A stretch of DNA of 64,000 nucleotides, from assembly GCF_001194135.2 (NCBI RefSeq), contig NC_068994.1, positions 18,377,198 to 18,441,197 of the forward strand. Direction: 5' to 3'. The notes under the pieces were generated by a model. That model searched no databases, was not told the DNA's origin, and saw only the letters and a list, made by a program, of their open reading frames with translations. Position 1 is the first letter of the stretch, and each line of letters opens with the position of its first letter. The DNA comes from Octopus bimaculoides (lineage: Eukaryota). The translations under genes were made by a program, and so were the position numbers. Positions 24,717-37,179 of this stretch are shown here, one piece after another.

Positions 24717-26053
24717 ATACAATCATATATAAACAGGAAAGTATGTAGTTCATGTATTTCAGTTTAGAAAAAAAAAGCATATAGTGGTTGAAGTATAGAT
24801 ATAAGTGTAAATATATGTAGATAGTAAAAAAAAAATGTAATGTGTGTGTGTATAAAATATATATTTAATGTACATGGTATAAATTATATATACAGAAACT
24901 TAAAGATATCAATGTAATACACTTGCATATAATAATTCAAAGAAATTTAGAGATATTTTCATAGATGATGAGATCCATAGTTAACTGTAAAATATATCAA
25001 TAGCTACAAAAGACTTATATTATTCATTTTTTCATTCATTCATGAAATGACAAAAATCTAATGAAATATGTAAGAATGAAAAAAAAAAGCGAAGAGAGAA
25101 CAATCACTGTAGTGTGTATACAATCTACACTATACTATTTCAGTAGTTAATGTTAACTTATTTAAAGCACTGTAAAGTTTTCTAGAAATATGTTGTGAAG
25201 AAATAAAATGAGTCAATGATGAGAGACATAATTTCATTTCTAAATCTTGTTTCATTTAACCCCAGGTAAATCCTAACTCAGGACTATGATCAAAGACATC
25301 CCAGCTCCGATCATCTTGTCAACAACATTAGCCAATGCAGCTGTCCCCATCCCCCACCTTTTTTTCTTTATTGATGCTAGAAGGTAATATGAAGAAAATT
25401 TAGCTGCTATTTCAAGAAGGATAAATGAATGGATAGTAGTCTTCTTGTTGACTCAAATGCGCAGTAGTGACAAATAAACCTATGTATTATAGTTAAAAGT
25501 TTATAACAATAAAGTTTATGAACCATATCTGTAATACGGCGATGATTTGAAGTTAAATAAATCACACCAAAAAGAAAATATCAAAAATAATTGAGTAGGT
25601 TCACTTTTCTTCTTTACTCTTTTCTAGAAAACACTAACATGAAACAATTTATACTGTAATGATTATTTCACAATATTAATATTTTGGAGAGCAGTCATGC
25701 ATTAATTAACCAAAACTTCAAATTGATTATGTAACAGAGATAGAGAGAGAAATAGAGGCAAGTGAGTAAGACTGAGCCTGTTATGCAAGTTCAAATCAAT
25801 GTCAAGCCATTTCCCGTTATTTACATCTTAGGCCTATAAATTGCCAGCTGTAGTTAACAACCTGGAAAAGGATTAGCCATTTCAAAATGACACATTCAGT
25901 TCAATTTATCATACATACACACCACACACGCAAAACTTTAGAAAGAGGAGCCAAAACTATAGTTATTTTAGTACATGTTTTGAATCATTAATTAAATGAG
26001 AAAGTAATTTGCATGTTTTAACAAGTGTTAAAAGACTGACACAGTGCTTTGTT

Positions 26054-26107
26054 AATGTAGAGGTCATCATTATTAAATGTAGAGGTCATCATTATTAAAT
26101 GTAGAGG
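26054..26107 (+). repeat. 22-bp perfect tandem repeat x2.5
   Basis: AATGTAGAGGTCATCATTATTA starting at 26054, 26076 and 26098. Confidence 0.9.
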
Positions 26108-26207
26108 ATAGAGCTGTAATGATATGCATTATGTAAGTTATGATGTAGGTATGAATGCATATGTGCATTGAAGTACTGTATATACAGAGTGCTGTTTATT
26201 TACTTAC

Positions 26208-26451
26208 CCTTCTCAAAAAAGTCAGGTGCAAAACAAGAAGAATAGGAAAAAGGGTTATCAAACAAAGGTGGTGCAGAGGTGGCAGAGGCTGCAGAAGTTG
26301 GAACTGATGTACTGTGATATAAGGAGTAATCCATGCTTTGTCGTCTTCTGCTGCAGCAAGAGGAGCTAGAATCTTTCATGCACTGCATGCTTGTTGACTT
26401 AAAGATCTTGTAATCAATGCATATGTTACTTTCTAGATCAAAGATTCCCAT
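26208..26451 (-). CDS. neur: candidate (alternative) first coding exon of neuralized, MGIFDLES..APDFFEK
   Basis: First ATG after an in-frame TGA (26560-26562). 244 nt (81 codons + 1) ending at a consensus donor AAGG/GTAAGT, phase 1. Joins the NHR1 exon in frame (..FFEK-V-NNGSYSDYPLTFH). Lies in repeat-free sequence. No homology recognised for the peptide itself. Confidence 0.6.
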
Positions 26452-29400
26452 TTTTTTGTAAGACAGTCCGAAAAGACGGAAAGGCCTGATCTTTTTCACC
26501 CCCCCCAACCTAGAGGTTTCACGGTAATAGTTTCCTTGAGGTATCCACAACTTCCTACATCAGACAATGCACACACAGTAGGAGATTTTACGGTGCAAGT
26601 GGTGACATAAGTATCTCAATCGCGAAATTGAAAACAGAGAATTGAGTCTGTTACAAATTTTAAAATAAAATAAAAGAAAATATCTACAATTCCATTTAAC
26701 GTATTTTAGAGTGTAGTGGATGCTTCCTTTAACTGCATAACCTCACATAATATTTTCTCTTCCCTGCTGATGGGAACTTGTGTTTAATACTGCCAACAAT
26801 TGTAATAGAAAATTTAACAGAGTAAATGAGTAGAGATAATAGCTTTTCAAGACTCTGTGTACAGCAATAATATTCCCACTACATGTGAAACAGCTGCTGC
26901 AAGGATCAGTATGTGTCCATTTGGCCAAACATTTTTGTGCATCTTGGTTTTGTTTTTTTGTACAAACTTAAAATCTTTTTTTTTTTTTTTGGTTTTGTTT
27001 TGCTTTGTTCTTTTCTAAAGGTATCCTTTATTTTTCTTTTCTTTCTTTTTTGTTTGTGAAAATGTTGGCTGAGGGAAAGATAGGAATTACTTCAAGTAGA
27101 GAAGTAGCTAATGTAGCTGAATAACAAAAGTTATTAGTAAAGTGTATAGGGGGCAAAGAATCAGCAAGGATGTACAAAGGAGAAGAAAGCAGGTCATTTA
27201 AAAATAACTGCAAAAAATATGTATAATGGGCAATATAGTGAGTTACATAGCTTTCCACACACTACAATATTTTTATAGAAAAATGAGCATTAAGTCTACT
27301 TGTGCATTTCATATTTCTTACTTCTCTTTCTTTAACTCCTGTATTTTCTCAGGTAACAATGAATGAAACGAGAGAGAGAAAGAGAGAGAGAGAGAGCACG
27401 CAAGAAAGAGATAGAAGGGGGAAGGTTGGGATGAGGATAAGAGATATTACATATACGAGTTATTGGTTTGGATCCACAGATTGATGTCAAGATTATATTT
27501 TGGCTCTGGTGTAATATATTTGCCAGTAATTATATCTAAGCAAACAATCTAAATTGGTGTATATATTGAGGTGGTGTACTTAGCTGTATACACACACACC
27601 TTAGGCTATTTACATAAGAAGTTATATCAAGAACATGTGCAGGATGGAATGCTGGTTGTCTATAAGAAATTAGGAAGTAAGCTTATCCAGAGAAAAATTT
27701 CCTGGAAAGCAAAACCAAAAAAACCCCAAACTAACTGTAAACTATCAACGACTATCATCTTATGTTCTGAGTTGAAGCCAAGCATTAACTCTAATATTTC
27801 AAAGAAAATATACATGTATCTCATATAGGAACTCTTTGAAAAACGTTTGCCATTAATATGTAGGATATAATCACAGATATCAACTGAAGAAGTAAATCGT
27901 TGTTTTAACCGTACAACACGTATATAATACACATATATAGTACATAACATGAACACACACACATGTATATAACTAATTCATTTCATCACAAACAATTGAT
28001 ATCTCGCCGAGAACATCAATATTTTACTTTTGAATAACGATATTTCGGTACGTCTGCTGAAATGAACTATTTGCTAAATGTTTTTAAAATTACATTTTTG
28101 AAAGCAGTTTAAATATAATTAGATTTTCCTTCTAATACAGTAATATAGTTCAAGGTAAAGTAATCCCTGAAGTTACTTATCGGACCAATTAAAGTTGTGT
28201 CCCTTGAATACAAAAAAAAAAAAGACTGTGAGAAAGAATGGTTAGTAACTTTCGTAAAAAGTATCAATAATTTCAAATAACAATGAATTAATCTACTTAA
28301 TTTATAGATTCCAAATTTTGTCCCTGATTATTCTTTGAACGTGCTAATATTTCTGTAGCCTACAAAAGCAACTAAGTCGTAGTATTTCTTTTATAGTATT
28401 TTGTTTTCTTTATATTTACTCATCAGAAATTAACTTAATCTTCGTTATTTATAAATATTTTCTTCTAAATTTCATTGATTAATTCTAGATCTATTTTTAA
28501 ACTGATGTTATTCTATTAACAATCACTCATTTAATCTAAAATATATATGATAATCGTCAAACAAGAGTTTTATAAGCTAAATTTTTTTTCCTAAAATTGA
28601 TTTTTGTTGCACATCATTGCCAATAATACCTGCTCAGTATTTATTTTTACATATTCAAATCAAATAACCGACTACTAACTTTGTCATTCATCAATCAGGG
28701 AAACCTACAGAGCTAATTGCTTTACTCTGTCTTGTTCTTCATATTTAGTTGTCACACCTCAGTGTTTAGATATCCCAAATTTATTTGCTTAAGCGGAAGT
28801 TATCTCCCTTTGCACCTAACCAGCTGCTTTCTGGACTGATTTTAAAGTACGTCTGCTTTTTCCTGCAGGGTATGTTATAAATTAAATGGCTGAAGATCTT
28901 TTCCTCGTATATCACACAATTCAATGTATCCAGAACTGAGATTCTTATGGCCTTGAGGGGCCCTATAAGATTTTATTGCTAAAATTTGTGCAATAAATTG
29001 GTTTTACGTCTTACAATACACAAACTGTTTTAACAATTTTTTTTTATACAATTCCAAAATAATATTTAATTATTAATATATAATAGGATTTTTTAAAACA
29101 TCAAATAGCTATGAGGGTCTACCTAAGTAAAATAGGAATCAAAAGGGTTCATAGGCAAAGAAAAGTTTCAGAACCGTTGCTCTATGTGGCCCATTGACCT
29201 GCAAGAAATAACCAGTTCTATCTAAGGTTGACTCAGGGCTAAACACCAATGACCACAAAATAAGGGTATCTCTTTCTTTTATAATTAGTCTAAAGGAAAT
29301 AGACTTGCTAGTAATGCTTCCTTGGTAAACCAAAGACTTTTAGAATGACTCTTCTAAGTTCAAGTTTATTTTATATTATTAGTAAAAATAAAAACCATAT

Positions 29401-29489
29401 GTATTAATCATTAAAACATGGTTAAATGTACAATATTCTACTAAGTAGTAAAATATGTTTTGGAGTAAGGTACAATGAGAAAGCAGCCA

Positions 29490-29950
29490 AACATCATCAT
29501 TATCATATAACATCTGTTTTCCATGCTGACATCAGTTAGATGGTTTGACAGGAGCTGGCAAGCTGAAGAGCTGCCCTGGCTCCATGTCTGATTTGGTTGG
29601 ATGCGCTTTCTAATGGGTACTTTTAGGTGGAACCAGCATTGGTACTTTTTACGTGGCACCAACACCCATGAGCCTGCAAGATTTAAGAACACTCAGCTGA
29701 AGAAGGGTGCAAGGGATAGCCTGTATGCAAGGACAACAGGATTTTACTTAGCTTGACAGATCTTCTCACAGCAAACTACCACAAATCTTGGTCCCTTGTG
29801 ATCCCCAGCGTCTGAAGATCCTTTCTCACCACTTCATCCCACGTCTTCCTGGGTCTACCCCTTCCACATGTTCCCTCCACAATTAGAGATTATCACTACT
29901 TGATGCAGCAGTCCTCATCCATTACATGACCGTACCAGCACAATCTGCTC
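29490..29950 (-). mobile_element. RTE LINE 3' end (family C), decayed
   Basis: Minus strand RLCWYGHV..IVEGTCGRGRPRKTWDEVVRKDLQTLG, then UTR and CAT-repeat tail on +. Confidence 0.7.
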
Positions 29951-30024
29951 TTGGTCAGGTAATGTAAATGGATGGCAGCTAGTTGAGTTGATAAACTAAC
30001 AAACTACTAACCATAGGTTATTAA

Positions 30025-30250
30025 CCCATTTGATACCACTCCACCCCTGAGACAACCCTTGGTTCTATGATACAAAATCCTTATTTTAAAGTGATCTAAA
30101 TTAAAATCTTTCAGCAAAATTTTATGTTAATTTATGTTCTAAACACAAGTTTAATAATGACAAAGTTATTTTACTAAATTCTTCATTATTTTCAAAATTA
30201 ATTGAAACAAAAGTAGTGTATTTTAACAGAAATATATCAGCAAAAGGTTT
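30025..30250. mobile_element. piggyBac-type MITE (H2), longer copy
   Basis: Starts TTAA-CCCATTTG; internal part is the reverse complement of 5735-5860. Confidence 0.65.
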
Positions 30251-30410
30251 ACTCAATGTGCCCTATGCAGGTATTGTTTTGTTTTTTTTTTCTTTTAATT
30301 TCTTTAATTTCTTGAAATAACAAACATACAATTTAAGTCTTGCTGTGAAAAGTAGATAAAATGGTTACATGAAAATTTTTATCTTTTTGTGAGAGAAAAA
30401 ATGGAATCAA

Positions 30411-30449
30411 TCTGACAAGTTTCTAGTCTTGTTGGATCTTCATCAGAGA
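30411..30449 (-). ncRNA. hammerhead-like motif, core intact, stems weak
   Basis: Minus strand UCU-CUGAUGA-AGAUCCAACAAGACUA-GAAA-C-UU-GUC/AGA: correct core order and spacing, 3-bp stem I, imperfect stem II. Confidence 0.5.
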
Positions 30450-30838
30450 AAGAATACTTTTCTTATGTCCATGAAGTGATTAATACTTTAGCATTTAATC
30501 CAGCGATATCTGGCCCATATATTCTCCATGTTTCATGTTAAAAGTGACCAGATTTAAACTCTCACACCTACCCTACAATACCAGGAACTTTTCCACTCCC
30601 CTTCGTGTATATATATATATATATATATATTATATAGCAAAGGAAAGGGGAGCTGGGAATCCAAGTAGTTATTACCTCAGTCAGCACTCCTAGGTTTTTT
30701 GTGATATAACCAATGTTACAAAATCATTGTGCATATTCACAATTTCCAACTTGCTAAATGATTTATTTAACCTATGTGTTGTCGAAACAGCTGTAACCAA
30801 AGGACAAATATGGTACCTGTACATCCATTCTTCACTTG

Positions 30839-30876
<38 letters not shown>

Positions 30877-31864
30877 GAGTGTGTATGAGTGTATGTGTAT
30901 GCATCTATATGTGAATGTGTGCATGCATGTGAATATATGCTTAATAGGCTTGTAAGGAGTTTATTTACCCCTTACAAGCCCATTAATATTGTTATATGCT
31001 ATTCTATGTATCATAGAATACTTTATGGCTTTGAAAAATCAAAAAAATATATAGATGAAATGTGTACAGACTAATTCTAGAAATAACTGTAAGCTACTAA
31101 TCTCCCCATGGGCACAAGGAGAACATTCCTTCTCTCTAATCTGATTGTTTACGTTTCATAATAAGGCTAAAATTATATCATCATCACCATCATAGTTTTG
31201 ATGTGTGTTTTCCTATGCTGACATTGGTAAAAGAGAATTCAATGAGTCAGATTTTCTATGGCTGGGGTGCCCTTTCTGTTGCTAACACACACATGCTTCC
31301 AGGCAAAGCAGTATTTATCCATGACCAGACATGTTTTCATGGAAGATGAGAAGGTGCATATGCTTGCACATACACGCTTTTACACACACACAAACAAATG
31401 TGCATGATGGACTTGTTTTGGATTCCATCTACCAAATCCACCCATGATGCTTTGGTCAGTCCTGGGCTATAGTAGAAGGCATTTGCCCAAGGTGCCACTT
31501 GGTTGGGAAGCAAATACATTAACTACACAGCAGTATCTGCACCTATATGGGTATTAAAAAAAATGATATACCTTACATACCCATAGGATATATTGTTTAT
31601 TTCATAATTCAGGTGCTGTGCAGAGTTTTTTTCCAGTGCTGGAGAGGAATGTTCTCTGTCCGGAAAGATTCATGCAAGCAAGGCTGTGTGGTTAAAAAAA
31701 CTCCCTTTACTGCTACATGGTTTCAGGTTCAATCTTACTGCAAGGAACCTTAGCCAAGTCTCTTCTACTCGGGCCTCAGGCTGAGCAATGCTGTGTGAGT
31801 GAATTTGACAAACAGAAACTGTGTGGAATCCTATTGTACATGTGTGTGTACACACACACACATA

Positions 31865-32185
31865 GATGCAGGTGTGGCTGTGTGGTAAGAAATTTGCTTT
31901 CCAACCACATGGTTCTGGGTCCAATCCCACTGCATGGCACCTTGGGCAGGTGTCTTTTACTATAGTCTCAGGTTGACCAAAACCTTGCAAGTGGGTTTGG
32001 TAGGCAGAAACTAAAAGAAACCTGATATGTGTATGTGTGTGAGTGTGTGTTTTTTTGCGTGTCTCCCACCATTGCTTGACAACTGGTGCTAGTTTGATTA
32101 CCTCCTCATAACTTTGTAGCTTGGCAAAAGAGACAAACAGAATAAGTAGACACTTAAAAATAAGCATTGGAGTCAATTTGTTCAG
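31865..32185 (+). mobile_element. family A SINE, older
   Basis: Family A motifs. Confidence 0.75.
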
Positions 32186-32262
32186 ATGAGAGATATGTTA
32201 TGTTTATGCATTTGTTTTGCAAGATTCTTGATGTGAAATCATGAGTTGAAACAGATATTGTT

Positions 32263-32537
32263 ATATTTGGGGATGGTCATATTTTTGACAATTAAACACA
32301 TGCACTATATACTTGGTCTTTACTACAGCTTTATTATTATTCTTATTTTAGCGTCCTTTGTCTGAAACAGGAGGAGACACATGTGATGGAGAGTCACTGA
32401 AGAGGTCACAGGATGTGTGATGGAAGATTTCAGAAAAAGGACATTAAAAAAATAATAATAATAATAATAAAGCTGAAGTGAAGACCAAGTACATAGTGCA
32501 TGTGTTTAATTGACAAAAATTGACCATCCCCAAATAT
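32263..32537. repeat. long inverted repeat / foldback
   Basis: Arms 32263-32367 and 32428-32537 are reverse complements with few mismatches; ~60-bp spacer. Confidence 0.9.
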
Positions 32538-33279
32538 TAGAAGATATATTTTACATCAGTAACATAACCAATGGAATTAGTGACTTGTAGATTTCTGGAA
32601 AACTAGCTTTGCCGCTTCAAGAACAGAATGAAGAAGATTAACACTTAAAAACATAATCTTGCAACTTCACCATTGTTTTAAATTTTGGCATGCTAAATAA
32701 CAGAAATGCTTTTATACAATGCCAAGATGTAATTTTGGACTCTATTCAAAGTTTAAAACCAAATGTTATTCAAAATTTAAAAAATAAAAATTCATAATCA
32801 AATTACATGCTTCAAGAAAGATGTAATGCATGATAAAGCTATTTTCATAATACAGTTTCAGAGCACAACAATTCTTCGCATGAATGGTTAGTTCAGCATT
32901 GTGTTGTATCCATAAATACTTCACTGATAGGCATTATACATACAATAGAAATGAAAATTCAACAGTTCAGGTCATTAGACATGAACTGCCAGGAGGTAAT
33001 AATGAAGAAATCAGTGAAATGTCTTCATATTTTCTCACTTCTAAAGAATCATTCATTCAATGTTATAGTTGAATGATTTTTAATGAGGTGATCTCTACAT
33101 GAAAGGTGGATAAGGAGTTTGTTGAGGGAGATTTTGTTTGTACAGTGCGTAGGTAAATTAACTGCTGTGCAGAAGCTGCCCATATTGCAGTTTTATCCCT
33201 TTGTTACTATATTTCTGTTGAAATATATGGCCTTTGTTTCAGTTAATTTCAAAAATGACAAAGAATTTATCTCTCAGCT

Positions 33280-33630
33280 TTTGTCTTTTTCAGTCATTAG
33301 ACTGAGGCCATGCAGGGGCACCACCTCGAGGAATTTTAGTCGAATGAATCAACCCCAGTACTTATTCTATTGATAACTTCTGCTGAACTGCTAAGTTATG
33401 GGGACATAAACATACCAACACTAGTTGTCAAGCAGTATGTGTGTGTGTGTGTGTGAAATACACACACACGATGGGCTTCTTTCATTTACTGTCTACCAGA
33501 TCCACTCACAAGGCTTTGGTCGGCCTGAATCTATTGTAGAAGACACTTGTCCAAGGTGCCATGCAGTGATACTGAACCCGGAACCATGTGGTTGGGAAGC
33601 AAACTTCTTACCACACAGCCATGCCTGCAC
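33280..33630 (-). mobile_element. family A SINE
   Basis: Family A motifs. Confidence 0.8.
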
Positions 33631-33896
33631 TTACAGTAAAATAATTTGTTATTATTAAGCTGGTATTTGGAACATAAATTAGTATGGAATTCTGATGGAA
33701 GTTTTTAATTTAGATTATATTAATACAAGAAATTTGTATCATGGAAATGGAACTGAGGAATAGTCTCAGATAGGTTGGTATCTTGGTACCAAAAGCCATC
33801 ATGTAACTCTTTTGTTAAATGATGATTTTACAAGCTAATAAAGTCAATTAACTTACGAGAAATAACAACCAAATCTCTATTAAATCACACCCTGCT

Positions 33897-34232
33897 GAGA
33901 TCCCCTTTGGTAATGACTGACCATGGGATTGCACCTAGAAAATTACCCTCCCAGGCACAAGTCCAGGCAAGGTTGTTTATAGAAGACCAGCAGTCGCCCA
34001 TGCATACCAGCCTCCCCTCTCCACACCACCGATGTTATCCAAGGGAAAGGCAAAGGCTGATACAGCTTGGCACCTGTGACGTCGCAACTCATTTCTACAG
34101 CTGAGTGAACTGGAGCAACGTGAAATAAAGTGTCTTGCTCAAGAACACAACACGCAGCCCGGTCTGGGAGTCAAACTCACAACCTCACGATCGTAAGGTT
34201 GACGCTCTAACCACTGAGCCATGCGTCTTCAC
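33897..34232 (-). mobile_element. tRNA-head SINE with Meta-like central domain (family E)
   Basis: Minus strand tRNA-like head, then GTTCTTGAGCAAGACACTTTATTTCACGTTGCTCCAGTTCACTCAGCTGTAGAAATGAGT. A partial copy lies at 20955-21195. Confidence 0.7.
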
Positions 34233-34446
34233 ACCCAACAGCCTATGTGTATATAAAAAAGGGTACAGTAAATATAGTCCTAGATACATTATGTCAAAAA
34301 AACATGCAATAGTCATGACATAACCCTTTAACATTCAGATTACACTGTCAAATGTAATGCTTATTTATTCACAGTTTGCTGGAGGCCAAACAACAACTGA
34401 TGGTTTTAATGATATTTTATTTCATTAATTAACTGGATAGTATTTA

Positions 34447-35892
34447 CCGTAAAAACCCATGTAATTTGTGCACCTGTGTAATTTATGAAGGTGATTTACA
34501 GGATAAAAATTGTTAAAAAAAGCTTCTACTCATGTAAAATTTGCACCCAAAAGTTTTCAGGATTGCTGATATGGCCAGAGGGAAGAGGTTTCCAATTTAG
34601 TTGTATTTAGCATAATTTCACTTACTTATGATTAAATTTTATTAAATTTTCATTAAATAAAAATAATTTCTGTTTAGCAGGTATCACATTTACAGCTATT
34701 AGATTACAAAGTATTTGTGTTGTCTATAAAATTGGTTTTGTGGGACTGACACATGTCAGTCCATTTTATTCGCTTGGTATACCCTCCTTCTCCTCCTTTA
34801 TGAGACTGACAGTGTCTGTCCCTTTAGCCCCTTGATATACCCTCCTCCTCCCTCGGCGTTAGCATCCCAATAATAAAAATAAACGAAAAATATGACACTG
34901 ATTGTGTGTGTTTGTGTGTGTATAACTGTATGAAATTGAGTGTATTTGTATGTGTACATAACTATGAGACTGTGTGTGTTTGTATGTGTGTGCACACATG
35001 TACCTGTATGACACTGTGTATTTGTGTGTCTCTGCATAACGGGGATATACCGAAATATTATTTTCCAAATTGTGAGCATGTATTTATGATATAATGAAGG
35101 AAATTGTGACATGCCGTGCTCAGGTGCACTACAACTAAAAATAAAAAAACCATCAGGTGTACTGTTGGCAGATTTCAGAAAGCATGGAAGTTTCGAAGGA
35201 AGTAGTGTCTCAACAGCTAACAACTGATGCGGGTAGTTTATTCTATGCTTCAGCAATTCTGAGTGTGAAAAAAATGTTTCCAAAAGTCATGGGTGCTGTG
35301 TTGTATTTTGATTTTATAAGCATGTCCGCGAGTGTTTGTTTATAATAAACTTTATTTTACATTTATTGCCCACAAGAGATTATGTCTGATCTTTAGCAGA
35401 CTGCTGTATGTCTTCTCAAACCACAATCACAAGAAAAGTTGTTGATAAGAATTATCAACAAAAACAAAGCTGATAAATATGCACAGGTGTTGCAAATTAA
35501 GGTTAATTACCAACAAATATCAACTTGGATGACATTTTACTTGACTAAGTAAAATATGGCCTAGACCGTGATTACCAGCATGTACGTCAGACTTCAAAGA
35601 GTAGTTAACCATTTAATGGTTTGAGTAAATTTATACAGAAAATGTAAGCATTATACCATCCAGTATAAATAAAATTCAACTTCATTATATTTAAGCCCTT
35701 ATTTTTCCTGTAAAAACCTATTCTGACAGTAAATGAGTCAACTTCCAGTATGAATGTTTACATTTTGTATGTCTTTTTCCAACAAAAGAAATTTCTAAAG
35801 AAGTTCTGGAAATGATCTACTCATGTAATTTATGCACCTGCTAAAGTTTCTTTTTGTGAAAAAAAGTGCGCAAATTACATGGATTTTTATGG
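34447..35892. mobile_element. pogo/Tigger-like non-autonomous DNA transposon with nested inserts
   Basis: 27-bp TIRs CCGTAAAAACCCATGTAATTTGTGCAC (34447-34473) and GTGCGCAAATTACATGGATTTTTATGG (35866-35892), 3 mismatches, TA on both sides. Confidence 0.75.
35150..35340 (-). mobile_element. CR1-like LINE 3' remnant, copy 2
   Basis: Reverse complement aligns to 8220-8415. Confidence 0.65.
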
Positions 35893-37179
35893 TAATTAGA
35901 CAACGCAATGTAGAGGATTTTAAATGAGAATTACACCATGGCAGTTGTCTGTATATTGCTGTGTTGGGTAAAAAGTTGTCAGTGAACTGAAGCCACAACC
36001 CAATTTTGTGGAGGCACATAGCTTAGTGGTCAGTTTCCAGTATTTTGTGATGTGTTTGACCATAGGGAAAAATGTTACCTTACTTGGAAACAGGTGAGAG
36101 CTGGCAACAAAAAGAGTATCTAGCAGTAAAAAATCTGCTTCACCAAATTCTTTCTGACCCATGCAAACATGATAAAAAAAAAAAAAATTAAAAAATGGAC
36201 ACTATAAAACAGCAATGGTAATGATTAGATCAACAGTAGGAGTGCTTGATTTTCTCAGCTCCGAAAGATGAAAGGTAAATTTGATCTTAGCTGCATTTGA
36301 ATTGAGAACGTAAAGGTACATAACTAAATACTGAGAGGCTAACAACACTCTACTGATTTTACTGATCCACCAGCCTCTGTTGGTTTCCTTAATAATAATA
36401 CATCAATATTCCTAACTGGAATGACTGTTTCATATTAAAGCTTCATTTCTCCATTTTACAAACAATTTTATGAATAGATAGATTTATGTTATAACCACAC
36501 AGTGAATGCCTTTCATCTCCAATGCTATTATTATTCTGAGTATTATTTCTATTATGTTGAGGCTACAGCATTGCTAAACTGGCTGTTTTCTGAGTTTATT
36601 TATATTATCTATTTCCATGATTATGATTACGAGTACGTGTGTGTTTTCAAAAGCAGAGATCATAGAAGTTGCTGTTTTGAGAGTATGATTTTAATTACAG
36701 GTAATGCATACAATTATAATAATTATAACATATTGCTAAGAGAAAAGATGAATATAATATGAATCCAGACAAAAGCCAATATTCTGATTATTAAATTGAA
36801 TTCACTTTTAGTTAACCAAAGACTGAATAGTGAATGCATGTATGTATTATAATCAAAACATATTTTGCTTTATCTTAAATGTAAACCACTGCTTCATTTC
36901 CAGTAAAATGCATGGAAAAATTGTCCTATAACTCATTAAAAGAATTTTCCTTCAGGATTTCCAAGAATAGTTATCTGTAGTAGTACTTCCAGTAGTAGTA
37001 GATATAAAATGGTTAGAAATGGTTAAACCAATGATAACAGAATTTACAATCAAAATATTTGGCATTCGTCATATTTACATATTCCATGATAGACTGGCAT
37101 CATATTTTGTGGCAAATTCTATTTCCCTTTATTTCTGCTGAGATTTGTGTAACTGTTAGAAGTCTTCCCATATCTATAT

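Noticed and set aside
26870-26900. Su(H)-like TTCCCAC and E-boxes CATGTG/CAGCTG upstream of the candidate first exon; also TTCCCACA at 44652
   Set aside because: Attractive for a Notch-pathway gene, but several such 6-8-mers are expected by chance in 64 kb and the nearest site lacks the preferred 5' pyrimidine.
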